Source: Candidatus Obscuribacteraceae bacterium (lineage in GTDB: Bacteria > Cyanobacteriota > Vampirovibrionia > Obscuribacterales > Obscuribacteraceae). Taken from it: DNA of 64,000 nt. This document shows positions 31,479 to 41,000 of this stretch, one piece after another; the stretch's first letter is position 1; each line of letters starts with the position of its first letter. The notes under the pieces are model-generated. The model had not been told where the DNA came from and ran no database searches. It worked only from the letters and a program-made list of their open reading frames with translations. The stretch lies in assembly GCA_044226015.1 (NCBI GenBank), contig JBGAHS010000003.1, forward strand, positions 224,001 through 288,000, read 5' to 3'. Made by a program: the position numbers and the translations under genes.

Positions 31479-32510
31479 CTACCCGCAAATCCATTGCAGT
31501 ACGGTCGATTTACACTGCTCAAAAAGTTGCAACGAGCGTAATGCATTATGCGCCTCTCTCGACGCGATATTCAGTTCGTCTTCAGTAGAATTTTCACTAA
31601 ACCTCGAAAGACTGAATTTAAGCCATTCCAGGAGATAAGCAAGTTCCCCATCAGCGGCAATTCGCATCGCATGCTCTGGCGGTCTGCCACCATTTGCCTT
31701 GATGTAAGCCTCATAGCAGGCTGTAAAACAGTCTTTGTCGGGCAGATTGTCTGGAAATCCACTCCAATCCAAACAGAGATTTAGCAACTCAACTGCCGGA
31801 TTCTGCAATGATGCTGATTCCCAATCTATCAACCAAGGAATACCTTCATAGGTCCAGATGACATTCTGTTGATCGAGATCCGCATGAGAGAGCACCATAT
31901 TTTCAGCTAAACGTGGAAGCGCAAGATTTGCAGCTTCCGTCCATCGATTTAGATGACAAATATTTTCTCGCAAGACGCTGCTAATCGATGAATTCATGCC
32001 TGAAATTCGACCAGCAAAAACGTCCCACAGCCCAGTTTCTATCAAACCCATCTCGTGTTTTACTTCACAATGCTGTAGTTCGAGACCATGCATAAAAGAG
32101 AGTGTTTCACCCATTTGTGCAGCCCGGAATTTATCAACGGAACCTACGCCATGCACCTGCCCATCTATCCACGGGTAAACCAAGGCAGCTTCTCCATTTA
32201 CTCGGTTTACAGACTTTCCCTCTCGCTGTACTGCCGATACGGCGTGAACACCGCTGCCAGCGAATTCTCGTCCTATTTGTTCTGTTATTTCAAAATGTTC
32301 AAGCGTAGCGGAATTCTGAATCAGCATCGCATTCAAAATCTTGAATGCGAACTTGCCCTCACTGGTTTCAACCTTCAAAACAACGTGGCGTCTCCCGCCC
32401 GAGACACGCGCAACACTTCCGAGACGCTCGCCCAGCCCGAAGTATCTACAAACCTCATCGCTCAGTATTGCCTCAGCCATCTTCTTCTTTTCAAATTGAA
32501 AATCGCCCAC
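31479..32510 (-). CDS. APH/choline-kinase-like phosphotransferase
   Basis: GG.RH.V.K, FAFK, HADLDQQNV, IDWE. Confidence 0.85.
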   Translation of the reverse strand: MGDFQFEKKKMAEAILSDEVCRYFGLGERLGSVARVSGGRRHVVLKVETSEGKFAFKILNAMLIQNSATLEHFEITEQIGREFAGSGVHAVSAVQREGKSVNRVNGEAALVYPWIDGQVHGVGSVDKFRAAQMGETLSFMHGLELQHCEVKHEMGLIETGLWDVFAGRISGMNSSISSVLRENICHLNRWTEAANLALPRLAENMVLSHADLDQQNVIWTYEGIPWLIDWESASLQNPAVELLNLCLDWSGFPDNLPDKDCFTACYEAYIKANGGRPPEHAMRIAADGELAYLLEWLKFSLSRFSENSTEDELNIASREAHNALRSLQLFEQCKSTVLQWICG

Positions 32511-32796
32511 ATCTAACTGCCGGTCGTAGCTATCATCACCATAGTTTCGCGCAATTCTAACAATTCTGTCCAGTGAAGTACAAATTGTGATTACTCAAAA
32601 AAGTGCAATAACGTCCCTCCGACCGCACCAACATTCACTAGAGGGAAAGCAAATCTGCGCGTCCCGGAAGACACCAAGAAAAGAGCGTCATTGTATGCGA
32701 CGGCGCTTTCACGTCTTTTTCACCTGGATGGATCAATTATGGTTCAGGGCAACTCAAACTCGCGTTTATGCTGGTCTGAGTATAGGAGATTGGGCA

Positions 32797-33813
32797 ATGA
32801 GTAATGAGAAAGACGTGCGACCGCATTCCGAGTCAGGCGAAGGCGACAAAGCAACACGCATAGCAGAAAATCCCACTGAAAAACTTCAAAACGACACGAG
32901 ATTTACAGGGTCAGAAGGAAAAGAGCGCTCTGACTCGAGCGCAAAGTCCAGCCGTGACATGCAAGAGCAGGGAAAGCTAGGCAATCTCAGCATTGAAGAA
33001 GCTAGTGGATACAATAAACAACCTGTCACTGATCTGCGTGGCAGAGTGCTAAAACACCAGCCTGGTCCAAACGAGATTCCCGTTCTGCTTCCAGGGCGCG
33101 ATAACAATGGCGGCGAATACAAGAAGTTCGAGCCTGCCAGGCCAGCAGACCAGAGAACACCTCCGCTAAACGCAAATGAAATATTCGACAAGGCAAAAGA
33201 GAGCACGGTGCACATTCGCACACCAATGACTGACGGTCAAATGAAGAAGGATGCCCCTGGAAGCGGGGTAGTAATCGGCAAGTCGGAAGATAAGACCTAC
33301 ATCGCAACAGTAAATCACAACGTCGCCGGCATAGATTTGGATGGTATGAAGATTCGTCCGACGGGTTCTCCTATGGTCGAAATGCCCAATGGAAAGAAAT
33401 ATCCAGCGCGGGTGCTTGAAGGAGACAAGAAAACAGACAGAGCATTGCTAGAAGTTGATACCGGTGCTGATACCAGCACAGCCTCTAAAGCAGCAACGGT
33501 TTCCGAAGCACCTCAACTGGGAGCAAGCATGTCGGTTGGTTTCCCTAGCGATAGTAAGTCTCTCTATGCTTCGCCTGGCGACGCTGTAAATACAGACGTG
33601 AATTTGCCCGCGAAAAAGGGCTACCCCGACCATATGATTCGCTACAAACAAAGAGCGGTGGATGGCAACTCAGGCGGACCTCAATTCAACTCTAAAGGTG
33701 AGGTGCAGAGCCTTTTGGAGGGCGCAGACAAGAATGGACTCTACGAAATTCTAGGAACACCACTAACTAAATCAATGGTTGACGACTGGCAGCGCAAATA
33801 CCGGTTTCGTTGA
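32797..33813 (+). CDS. Trypsin-like (S1/HtrA-type, no PDZ) serine protease with charged N-terminal extension
   Basis: GSG.VI, TVNHNV (His), DRALL (Asp), GNSGGP (Ser); AGGAG before ATG 32797; no signal peptide. Confidence 0.85.
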   Translation: MSNEKDVRPHSESGEGDKATRIAENPTEKLQNDTRFTGSEGKERSDSSAKSSRDMQEQGKLGNLSIEEASGYNKQPVTDLRGRVLKHQPGPNEIPVLLPGRDNNGGEYKKFEPARPADQRTPPLNANEIFDKAKESTVHIRTPMTDGQMKKDAPGSGVVIGKSEDKTYIATVNHNVAGIDLDGMKIRPTGSPMVEMPNGKKYPARVLEGDKKTDRALLEVDTGADTSTASKAATVSEAPQLGASMSVGFPSDSKSLYASPGDAVNTDVNLPAKKGYPDHMIRYKQRAVDGNSGGPQFNSKGEVQSLLEGADKNGLYEILGTPLTKSMVDDWQRKYRFR

Positions 33814-33860
33814 ACTATTATCGCTGATCCATTTGCGCAGCTTCCTGCTCAGTAAGCCAA

Positions 33861-33975
33861 GCTCTTCTCAGTAATCAAGCTGCTTGTACAGCTCTTCTCA
33901 GTTAGCTAGCTGCCTGTACAGCACTCCGCAGTGAGCTAGCTGCCTGTACAGCTCTTCGCAGTGAGCTAGCAGCTT
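33861..33975. repeat. Degenerate 30-bp tandem repeat (~3.8 copies)
   Basis: Unit GCTCTTCTCAGTTAGCTAGCTGCCTGTACA. Confidence 0.85.
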
Positions 33976-34089
33976 ACACATTCAGCCAGCTTACTAATTG
34001 CACGGTCAAATCACCGATTCCTGCTTTGTGAGCTACTTTGCTCAGTTTTATCGCTCAGTCGCTATACCTTCTTACAAATAGTTCGTTAG

Positions 34090-34121
34090 ACAAAAGAGAA
34101 GCCTGTGGGCTTCTCTCTTGT
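34090..34121 (-). terminator. Terminator of pilin copy 3
   Basis: AGAGAAGCC-tgtg-GGCTTCTCT hairpin with flanking A/T runs. Confidence 0.7.
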
Positions 34122-34149
34122 ATGGCTATATCGAGGGATCGTGAAAAAA

Positions 34150-34653
34150 TTAGCTGAACAGGTTAGCGTCACGAGCTGAAGCTACGAGCCAGTTGATTGC
34201 ACCTGGTGTTGCGAGTCCGCCAGTTACACCGGCTGCTCCCCAGAGTACGCGCTTCATTGCGTCCTGCGTTCCTGCTGCCATGTGCATGAAGCCCATAATC
34301 ATTGTTGGTCCGCCCCAGGCAATTCCGAGAATTTCCATTCCGTTTGCGATAATGTTCAAAAGTGCTTCCAGGTTAGCGAGGTTGTTAACGCGCACTGTTC
34401 CTGCGGTGTTCACACCTTGAATCACGGTTGCATCAGCGCCTTGTGGTCCGATTGTACCGTTGGTTGCACCTTGCAACATAGGGGCTGCGGTGCTTCCGCC
34501 TTGCTGCGTCTGTGAGCCAGTGTAATTGCCAGTGTTGTTTGTTTGCGCGCCCGTGTCAGCTGTTGAATTGAACGCGTCTTGCGCTAATGCCGGACCGGCA
34601 AGAGTCAAAACGACCGCTGATGCCATTGTTATCTTTGCCAGTGTCTTAATCAT
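34150..34653 (-). CDS. VirB2/TrbC-like pilin, copy 3 (167 aa)
   Basis: Start ATG 34653 (MIKTLAK) by alignment with copies 2 and 5; ORF track extends to 34746. Confidence 0.6.
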   Translation of the reverse strand: MIKTLAKITMASAVVLTLAGPALAQDAFNSTADTGAQTNNTGNYTGSQTQQGGSTAAPMLQGATNGTIGPQGADATVIQGVNTAGTVRVNNLANLEALLNIIANGMEILGIAWGGPTMIMGFMHMAAGTQDAMKRVLWGAAGVTGGLATPGAINWLVASARDANLFS

Positions 34654-34694
34654 GATAGTAAATTCTCTCTTTTCAAAATTTGTGGGTGTTCTTA

Positions 34695-34764
34695 ACTCGA
34701 ACTCTTCTTTAACGACCCATCCCAAACTCTTAGGAGGAACTTTCATGATATGTGACTAAGGTCA
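34695..34764 (-). promoter_or_regulatory. Upstream element shared by pilin copies 3 and 5
   Basis: 44 bp (34695-34738) identical to 47171-47214, plus TGAC-N4-GTCA at the same offset in both. Confidence 0.65.
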
Positions 34765-34773
34765 TGGTCCAGC

Positions 34774-36243
34774 TCATTCCAAATCGTTGGCGCCATCTTG
34801 CACTGAACCAGACTCAGCGGCAAGAGGCGCTTCTTCCGATACAGACGAAGGATTCGCTACGGTCCTCTTGAAACCCCAGAAAAGCATTGCCGCATAAAGC
34901 GCCCCCCACCACAAAACAGTAGTTCCGCCAGGAAAGGCGAAAAATAAAGCCAGAAGCAACAAGGAGAACCCAAGACAAATAAGCTTCTGCCTGGAGGATG
35001 GAGCCAACAAAGATGGAATCAACACATATGCGCTGATGAGCCAAATTCGCTGCATCTCGAAATCATGCATTGCCAAGGCCGTTCCAGGCTTTGACGGCAA
35101 CATCGAAAAACCAAAGGCAAAACCAAGAATCCATGGCGCTGCTAACATCGCTAAGCCAAGCAGCCATGCTCTCCTGAACAGAACAACAAAACCTGCAAAC
35201 GTCGAGACCAAATACAAATTCATCAGCAAACCAGGCTGATAGAATCCATCTACTAGCCAGTCGTCGTTTGCAGCTGGCACTCCGGGAGGTAGCTTTCGAA
35301 AAGGGCGAAAGTTCCCAAATCGAACATCTTGAGTGTTAAAAACGAAATCACCTTGCAGTTCACTTCCCCTGTATCGATGAGCTGAAGCGAGGTCGGGCAA
35401 CAAGGGTCCTAAGACTTTCGATTCTTTTAGACCAGGCAAGTAGTCTGGCACTTTAGCAGAACCAATGATACCTGCAAGAAGGTTTGCTTTACCCGAACTA
35501 GCTACGAGACAGTGGTCCACATCTACCATGCCATCGAGTGGTGGAACAGCACCCGTGTGACAATCGACCGCAGGAAAGAAAAGCTCATCAGGATTCTTCG
35601 GCTCATACCACCAGACTAACGGCTCTTGCGGCTCTGCTGTTGAGTTATTGTTAAAACAACAAAGAGCAAAGGTCCAACCTGGATACCAGCGCTCGTAAGC
35701 ATCAAAAATAGCCTGATTCAAGTCGGGTCGTTTTTCCTCAGGTACTCGTTGTAGCGCGGTCGGAATAGCCTTTGCAGAGTTCGAAAGAACAACTGTGTAG
35801 CTTCCTTTGTTAAAGACTTCAATATGAACATGACTATCCATGCCATTCGACACGGAATTGGTTTGCATCAAGACACTGTCTAAAGAATCTAGCAACGCAC
35901 TTGATGTATCACGGCAAGACTTATAAAGGTCGTGAGCAATTCCCCGGAACTGCCTGCCATCGAACATATTGTCCTGCGACATAGAGTTCGGAATGGCCGG
36001 AATTGGCAAAATCATCGCATTAGGACCAACGCCAAGGTTTCGCGCGGTGTTGGAATAATAAAGCAGATGCTTGAGCTTTCCCTTATCTTCATACTCACTT
36101 ACCCATCCAACGGTCTGCATTAGCTCGGCTGGATGGAGAGAACAACATGCTTGAGCTTGATGAATTATTCCCAGAGCCAGACCCAAAAGCATAAGGAAAG
36201 ACAATACGTACTTCTTGCCAATCATAACTCTCCAAAAACGCAA
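34774..36243 (-). CDS. Exported/membrane hypothetical protein
   Basis: Signal peptide, globular domain (NAMILPIPA, LCCF, HTG), several C-terminal TM helices. Confidence 0.7.
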   Translation of the reverse strand: MRFWRVMIGKKYVLSFLMLLGLALGIIHQAQACCSLHPAELMQTVGWVSEYEDKGKLKHLLYYSNTARNLGVGPNAMILPIPAIPNSMSQDNMFDGRQFRGIAHDLYKSCRDTSSALLDSLDSVLMQTNSVSNGMDSHVHIEVFNKGSYTVVLSNSAKAIPTALQRVPEEKRPDLNQAIFDAYERWYPGWTFALCCFNNNSTAEPQEPLVWWYEPKNPDELFFPAVDCHTGAVPPLDGMVDVDHCLVASSGKANLLAGIIGSAKVPDYLPGLKESKVLGPLLPDLASAHRYRGSELQGDFVFNTQDVRFGNFRPFRKLPPGVPAANDDWLVDGFYQPGLLMNLYLVSTFAGFVVLFRRAWLLGLAMLAAPWILGFAFGFSMLPSKPGTALAMHDFEMQRIWLISAYVLIPSLLAPSSRQKLICLGFSLLLLALFFAFPGGTTVLWWGALYAAMLFWGFKRTVANPSSVSEEAPLAAESGSVQDGANDLE

Positions 36244-36438
36244 GGGACACTATATATGGTGGCACCAGCAATAAACACAAAACAGGCTCTCAATAATAGC
36301 ATCAGAAAGCGTTTGAAGATCGAGTGCGACTTCCATGCGACACAAGTAATTTCCAAAATTCTCATTTACAAAATCGATTTATTTGAGGTGGCAGAGGAAG
36401 CCAATCGCAGGAATCCAATCTTTGGTGGAACACGAGAC

Positions 36439-36894
36439 CTATTTCGACTTGAAATTTCCTAAGAAATCAAACAAATCTTTGTTGGTATCCGTGATGTTTC
36501 GCCCGAGCTTATCGTATGCCATGCCAGCAAGCGGATTGGTTTCGATAATTTCTGCAATCGAATTGTTCTTTAGCATATCAGCAATTGAGTTATTTCCGAA
36601 GAATTCAGGAAGCGAACTTTTCTGGATTAAATCACCGAAAGCTTCGCGGAGACCAGCTGCTGGAGACGCAGCGAATTGACCGATGTCGCCTACCTTTTCG
36701 CCCACATCAGTTATGTCGAGGTCGCCGAACAACTCACTTACGGCCGAACCTGCAACTCCAAGTCCCTTCATAGCGAAGCTCTCACTTGGAGAAAGAACTG
36801 TTGAGTATGCTTCTGTAGCCAGAGTGCTGACGCCTTCACCGACGGTGCTTGCTACGTCACCAATTGCATCACCGATATCATCAAAAAAAGACAT
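36439..36894 (-). CDS. Acidic orphan protein
   Basis: GGAGG RBS; MSFFDDIGDAIGD N-terminus; preceded by a GACA-box promoter. Confidence 0.65.
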   Translation of the reverse strand: MSFFDDIGDAIGDVASTVGEGVSTLATEAYSTVLSPSESFAMKGLGVAGSAVSELFGDLDITDVGEKVGDIGQFAASPAAGLREAFGDLIQKSSLPEFFGNNSIADMLKNNSIAEIIETNPLAGMAYDKLGRNITDTNKDLFDFLGNFKSK

Positions 36895-36927
36895 TTCAAA
36901 ACCTCCAGTTCGTTATCTATGCGAACT

Positions 36928-36982
36928 AGAATAGCCACCAATTCGGACTACCTTGTCCTTAGCTTGTCCCCAAAATGTCCTC
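36928..36982 (-). promoter_or_regulatory. GACA-box promoter (minus strand)
   Basis: Reverse complement: GAGGACA (36982-76), GGGGACA (36971-65), AAGGACA (36960-54); TATTCT at 36933-28, 20 bp after the third box. Confidence 0.7.
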
Positions 36983-37026
36983 GTCGCTGAACTTTACATA
37001 GCTGCTATACTCGCACCAGAAAGGAT

Positions 37027-37356
37027 GTGTGTAGCGAGTTGTACAAACACTATTTTGCCTGCTACTCTGACGCGCCACTAGAACGCGTGACGGCGGTTTT
37101 GCAAATAGAAAATTGGACTCCGCCCTTTATATTCGATCAACACGAGAACTGGGAATATGCCTGGGCTAAAACTGATGAATTTGAAATCAACATCACGAAG
37201 TCCGATGACAACACAACCATTGAAACCTGGATGAATTCTTGCCCTTCTGGGGTCAATTACCAAATCATAATTACTGCGCTCTCTGTCCCCGAGGGGCTGG
37301 TGGATTTCTTGGAAAGCATTTTGAAATCCAGACTGACCCAGTATGCCATCGTTTAA
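37027..37356 (+). CDS. Small acidic hypothetical protein
   Basis: 109-aa ORF with AGGA RBS. Confidence 0.5.
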   Translation: MCSELYKHYFACYSDAPLERVTAVLQIENWTPPFIFDQHENWEYAWAKTDEFEINITKSDDNTTIETWMNSCPSGVNYQIIITALSVPEGLVDFLESILKSRLTQYAIV

Positions 37357-37516
37357 ACTACAGATGTTTCTTCTGAGCCCAATGTGTCAGCATCTGTGAC
37401 TTTCTCTATAGTCGGCAATGGTCACGTAGGTGGATACAAGCTCCGGACTGCTGGAAGCATGGAGATAAATAACACTGCGGTTTTGTGGCAAACCAAAGAC
37501 AAAAGCTAACAACCAA

Positions 37517-37551
37517 GCAAAAAGGAGGCGCTTGTGACACCTCCCTTCTGC
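37517..37551 (-). terminator. Terminator of pilin copy 4
   Basis: GCAAAAAGGAGGCG..CACCTCCCTTCTGC imperfect hairpin. Confidence 0.55.
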
Positions 37552-37575
37552 GGTATGAGTGAACTGTGAAAAAAA

Positions 37576-37887
37576 TTAGCTGAACAGATTAGCGTCACGA
37601 GCTGAAGCAACGAGCCAGTTGATTGCACCTGGTGTTGCGAGTCCGCCAGTTACACCGGCTGCTCCCCAGAGTACTCGCTTCATTGCGTCCTGCGTTCCTG
37701 CTGCCATGTGCATAAAGCCCATGATCATTGTTGGTCCGCCCCAGGCGATTCCGAGAATTTCCATTCCGTTTGCGATAATGTTCAAAAGTGCTTCCAGGTT
37801 AGCGAGGTTGTTAACGCGCACTGTTCCTGCGGTGTTCACACCTTGAATCACGGTTGCATCAGCGCCTTGTGGTCCGATTGTACCGTT
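37576..37887 (-). pseudogene. VirB2/TrbC-like pilin, copy 4, 5'-truncated
   Basis: Near-identical DNA to copy 3 from the stop codon to ...GTACCGTT (37887); signal peptide, N-region and promoter missing. Confidence 0.8.
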
Positions 37888-37931
37888 CCCCGCCGCCATG
37901 CGAGACAGCCCCCGCCGCCTTGCCAGACAGC
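37888..37931. repeat. 22-bp GC-rich tandem duplication at the pilin-4 breakpoint
   Basis: CCCCGCCGCCATGCGAGACAGC / CCCCGCCGCCTTGCCAGACAGC. Confidence 0.8.
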
Positions 37932-38028
37932 CTCCCTGCCAGGCCGCCAGCTAGCCACGCAGCAAGCATCAAGCCGGAAAGGCTTCGAGCCGGGCAGTTC
38001 ATTGATCCACCCCAGTTTCTACCTATAA

Positions 38029-41000
38029 ATGCAGCCCACTCTCACTTGGAATTCACCCCCTTGGCTATACCCTTCTCATGTCAGGTTGTGTTTTTTCTCT
38101 CTGGTTCCCGTGGTGAAAGATTTGGCTGAGCAGGAGCTAAAACTCCACAGAGTCCCCGAATTACTTGGACAGAGCAATTCCGAGGATGATAGTGCACTCA
38201 ATGTTTTCACGCGTTCGCTTGCCTACTCTGCAGCAGTTGGTCCGTCAATTGCCATTGGCGAACTTGCGGACAAAGTTGCAAGTAAACTGACTGACTCGCA
38301 ACAATCCATCTGCACCGACACCGTGAAGAGCGTCGCCCAGATGGCTGGAGTTCAAATCAGCCCAGAACAATATTCAATGGGCTCCGCGAAATGGCAGGCA
38401 CAGCAGTTGGGCAATGCAGTCGGCATGCTTGTACCTATGACTCTCCTACACAAATCTCTGGCGCCAGCTCTTCCAGCATCTGCCGGTTTGCGATCAGCCA
38501 GCAGCGGCTTCGCCTACGGAGCAATACTCACTCCCACCAATTTAGATTCAAGCTCCAGCTTGGCTGATTTACTCGCTGCAAAAACGGAAAAAGGAATTTT
38601 TACTTCATTGACCTTCGGTGTTATGGGCGCCAGCGCTTCCCGCATCGAGAATCTTCTAGCAAACTCCAAAGTCACAAACACAGTCGCAGCCGTACTTCCA
38701 GAGATCGCAAGCGTCCATGGCACCAAGCTAGCAGCTGGTGTTCTTAGTGCGATTCCGGGGGGAGTAGTGAGTGCTCAAACAACCGCCTGGGAAAGAGGGG
38801 ACAGAATCGCGAGCCTGCAGGACACGACAGAATCAATAGCTTCCCTGGCCTATGTCGGTGGTGTGTTCGGCGCGGCAAACTTTTTCGCTACCAAACCAGC
38901 AAGCAAGGCAAAACCAGAACAACAGGTATCTACATCTGAAATTCCCAACGTAATCGATACACACCGCTTCATTTTAGAAGAACCCGGCTCCAGAGGGAGG
39001 CTTTCAGGGGACTGGATGGAAACATTGCCCAGGTCAAAAGATGACCCCTTCAGCAATTGCTCAAGTCTTTCTCATCGAATTGGCATCTATAAAGAAGACC
39101 GAATCTCAAACTACTTTCAAGATGAACGAGAGTCAGAGTACGGGCTGAAACAGATGTACTTTGAACACAACCAACTAAAGTATTTTCCTGATCGATCGTT
39201 CGCTAGCCTGATAAAAAAGAGTCCGCTCATAGATAGACAATTCGATGACTCTAGCGCTCGAAATTCACTTCACCTCAAGTACTACAAACTCTACCCGGGT
39301 GAGCCTGGTGTGTCACTAAGGACGCGAGGATCCATTCTTCAGAGTTCAGGAATTACCGAACAAGAATTAGCTGGTCTCATAAAACAACACCTTAATACAG
39401 AAATACAGAATTCATCGCCAGACACACAGAGTAAAGCGATCGATTTCTTCCTGCGCACAGATTTTCCTCCTAGAAGACTTGTTGATCTTGTCCCTCTGGT
39501 GGATGAGAGATTGCTTCATTCGCTGACGCAGACCGAATTAAGAGTTGACCAACAGGACACTATTATTGAGAAATGGAACTCTCTAAGCGAGAAGACAAAG
39601 GAAATGCCTCTGCCTGTTCTGGCAAAGCTATTGAATTACCAAAACGCCTTAACTGAAGAACAGCTCGCTAGCCCGCACGTGCAAGAATATGCTGAACTAT
39701 TACATGAACTTGATTATCACGCTAAGGGTTACGAACATAATCTCGACGATCAATTCATTCGGTTTTATAGCGACCGGAAGCTTAGCTCAGCAGAGGCGGT
39801 TGGGGTCTTGCGCAGCTGGAAGGAACTTACTCCCGATGTAAAACTTCTTCCCAATGAAACGCTGGCTCCCATCGCATACAATTACCACTTAATGACGCCA
39901 GAGCAGCGCTTATTGCCCGTACCAGAACTGTCACGTTACACCAAGATAATTGACGATCTTCAGTTACAAGAGAATGGTGTAAAACAACTGAATAGCGAAT
40001 TTGCAGACTGGTATATCGCTAACTCACCAAGCGTTGATATGGCTCTGTTTGGCTTGAACAAATGGACCGAGTTATCGCCGGAATTGCGCAATCGTTTACA
40101 CGAGCCAGAACTCAAAGACAGAATACATGACCTACAAAGGCAATGGAAAAATCTATCACCTGAGCATCGTAGCTCAACCGGAACCAAGGCTCTTAATTGG
40201 GCTCATTTACGCGCAAATCTAGATGTACCAAGCTCAGCGATTCCAGAAGACTACTTAAGCTGGTACACAGTCAACAGACCCTCAAGAGCAGAAGCGCGTA
40301 AAGTATGGAGAGGCTGGAAAGAGTTTACTCCTGCTGTAAAAGCAATGGATGCTCCTTTGTTGTTTTTTCTGGCTGAGCACTGGAGCGATATTCCGACTGC
40401 CCAGAGGCAGCTCGAACCTAAGGAAATAATTCGGCAACTGAATTTGAGCGGCGAAATTGGCAAACCCCTGAACACAATTGACCCTGAGTTTGTGGAGTGG
40501 CATCGACAAAACGAACCAGCAAAAAAGGATTTGCGAATTCTGGAACGAACATGGGCGGACTTACGCAGTGATCTAAAAACCATGAAAGGCGATGATCTTG
40601 CTTGCATTGCCCGTATCTGGTCAAAACTAAATGACGAACAAAAGACGCGTCCACAGGCTGAACTTTTGCACTGGTCAAAATATTACGAAGCGCTAGGAAC
40701 CAAGCCACAGATCGAAGAGATAGTAAAAGAATCTCCAAGCTTCCGAAACTGGTTCGAAAAGAACAGTACCGATAACGGGCAGTCTATTCCTAACGTATTC
40801 GCTCACTGGAGCGATCTGACACGCGAACTTAGAGACCTTGGTCTAAAAGAAACCAGCGAGCTGATAGCTACTATGTTCTCTCAGCCAGGAAGAAATACGG
40901 CTGGAATAATTCGCGGATTGGAACTTACCGAACTGAGTTCAGGGAAAGACCCGGAGGCAGCTAAGAAACTGCTAGCTTCTCTTAAGAATGGCAGCTCAAT

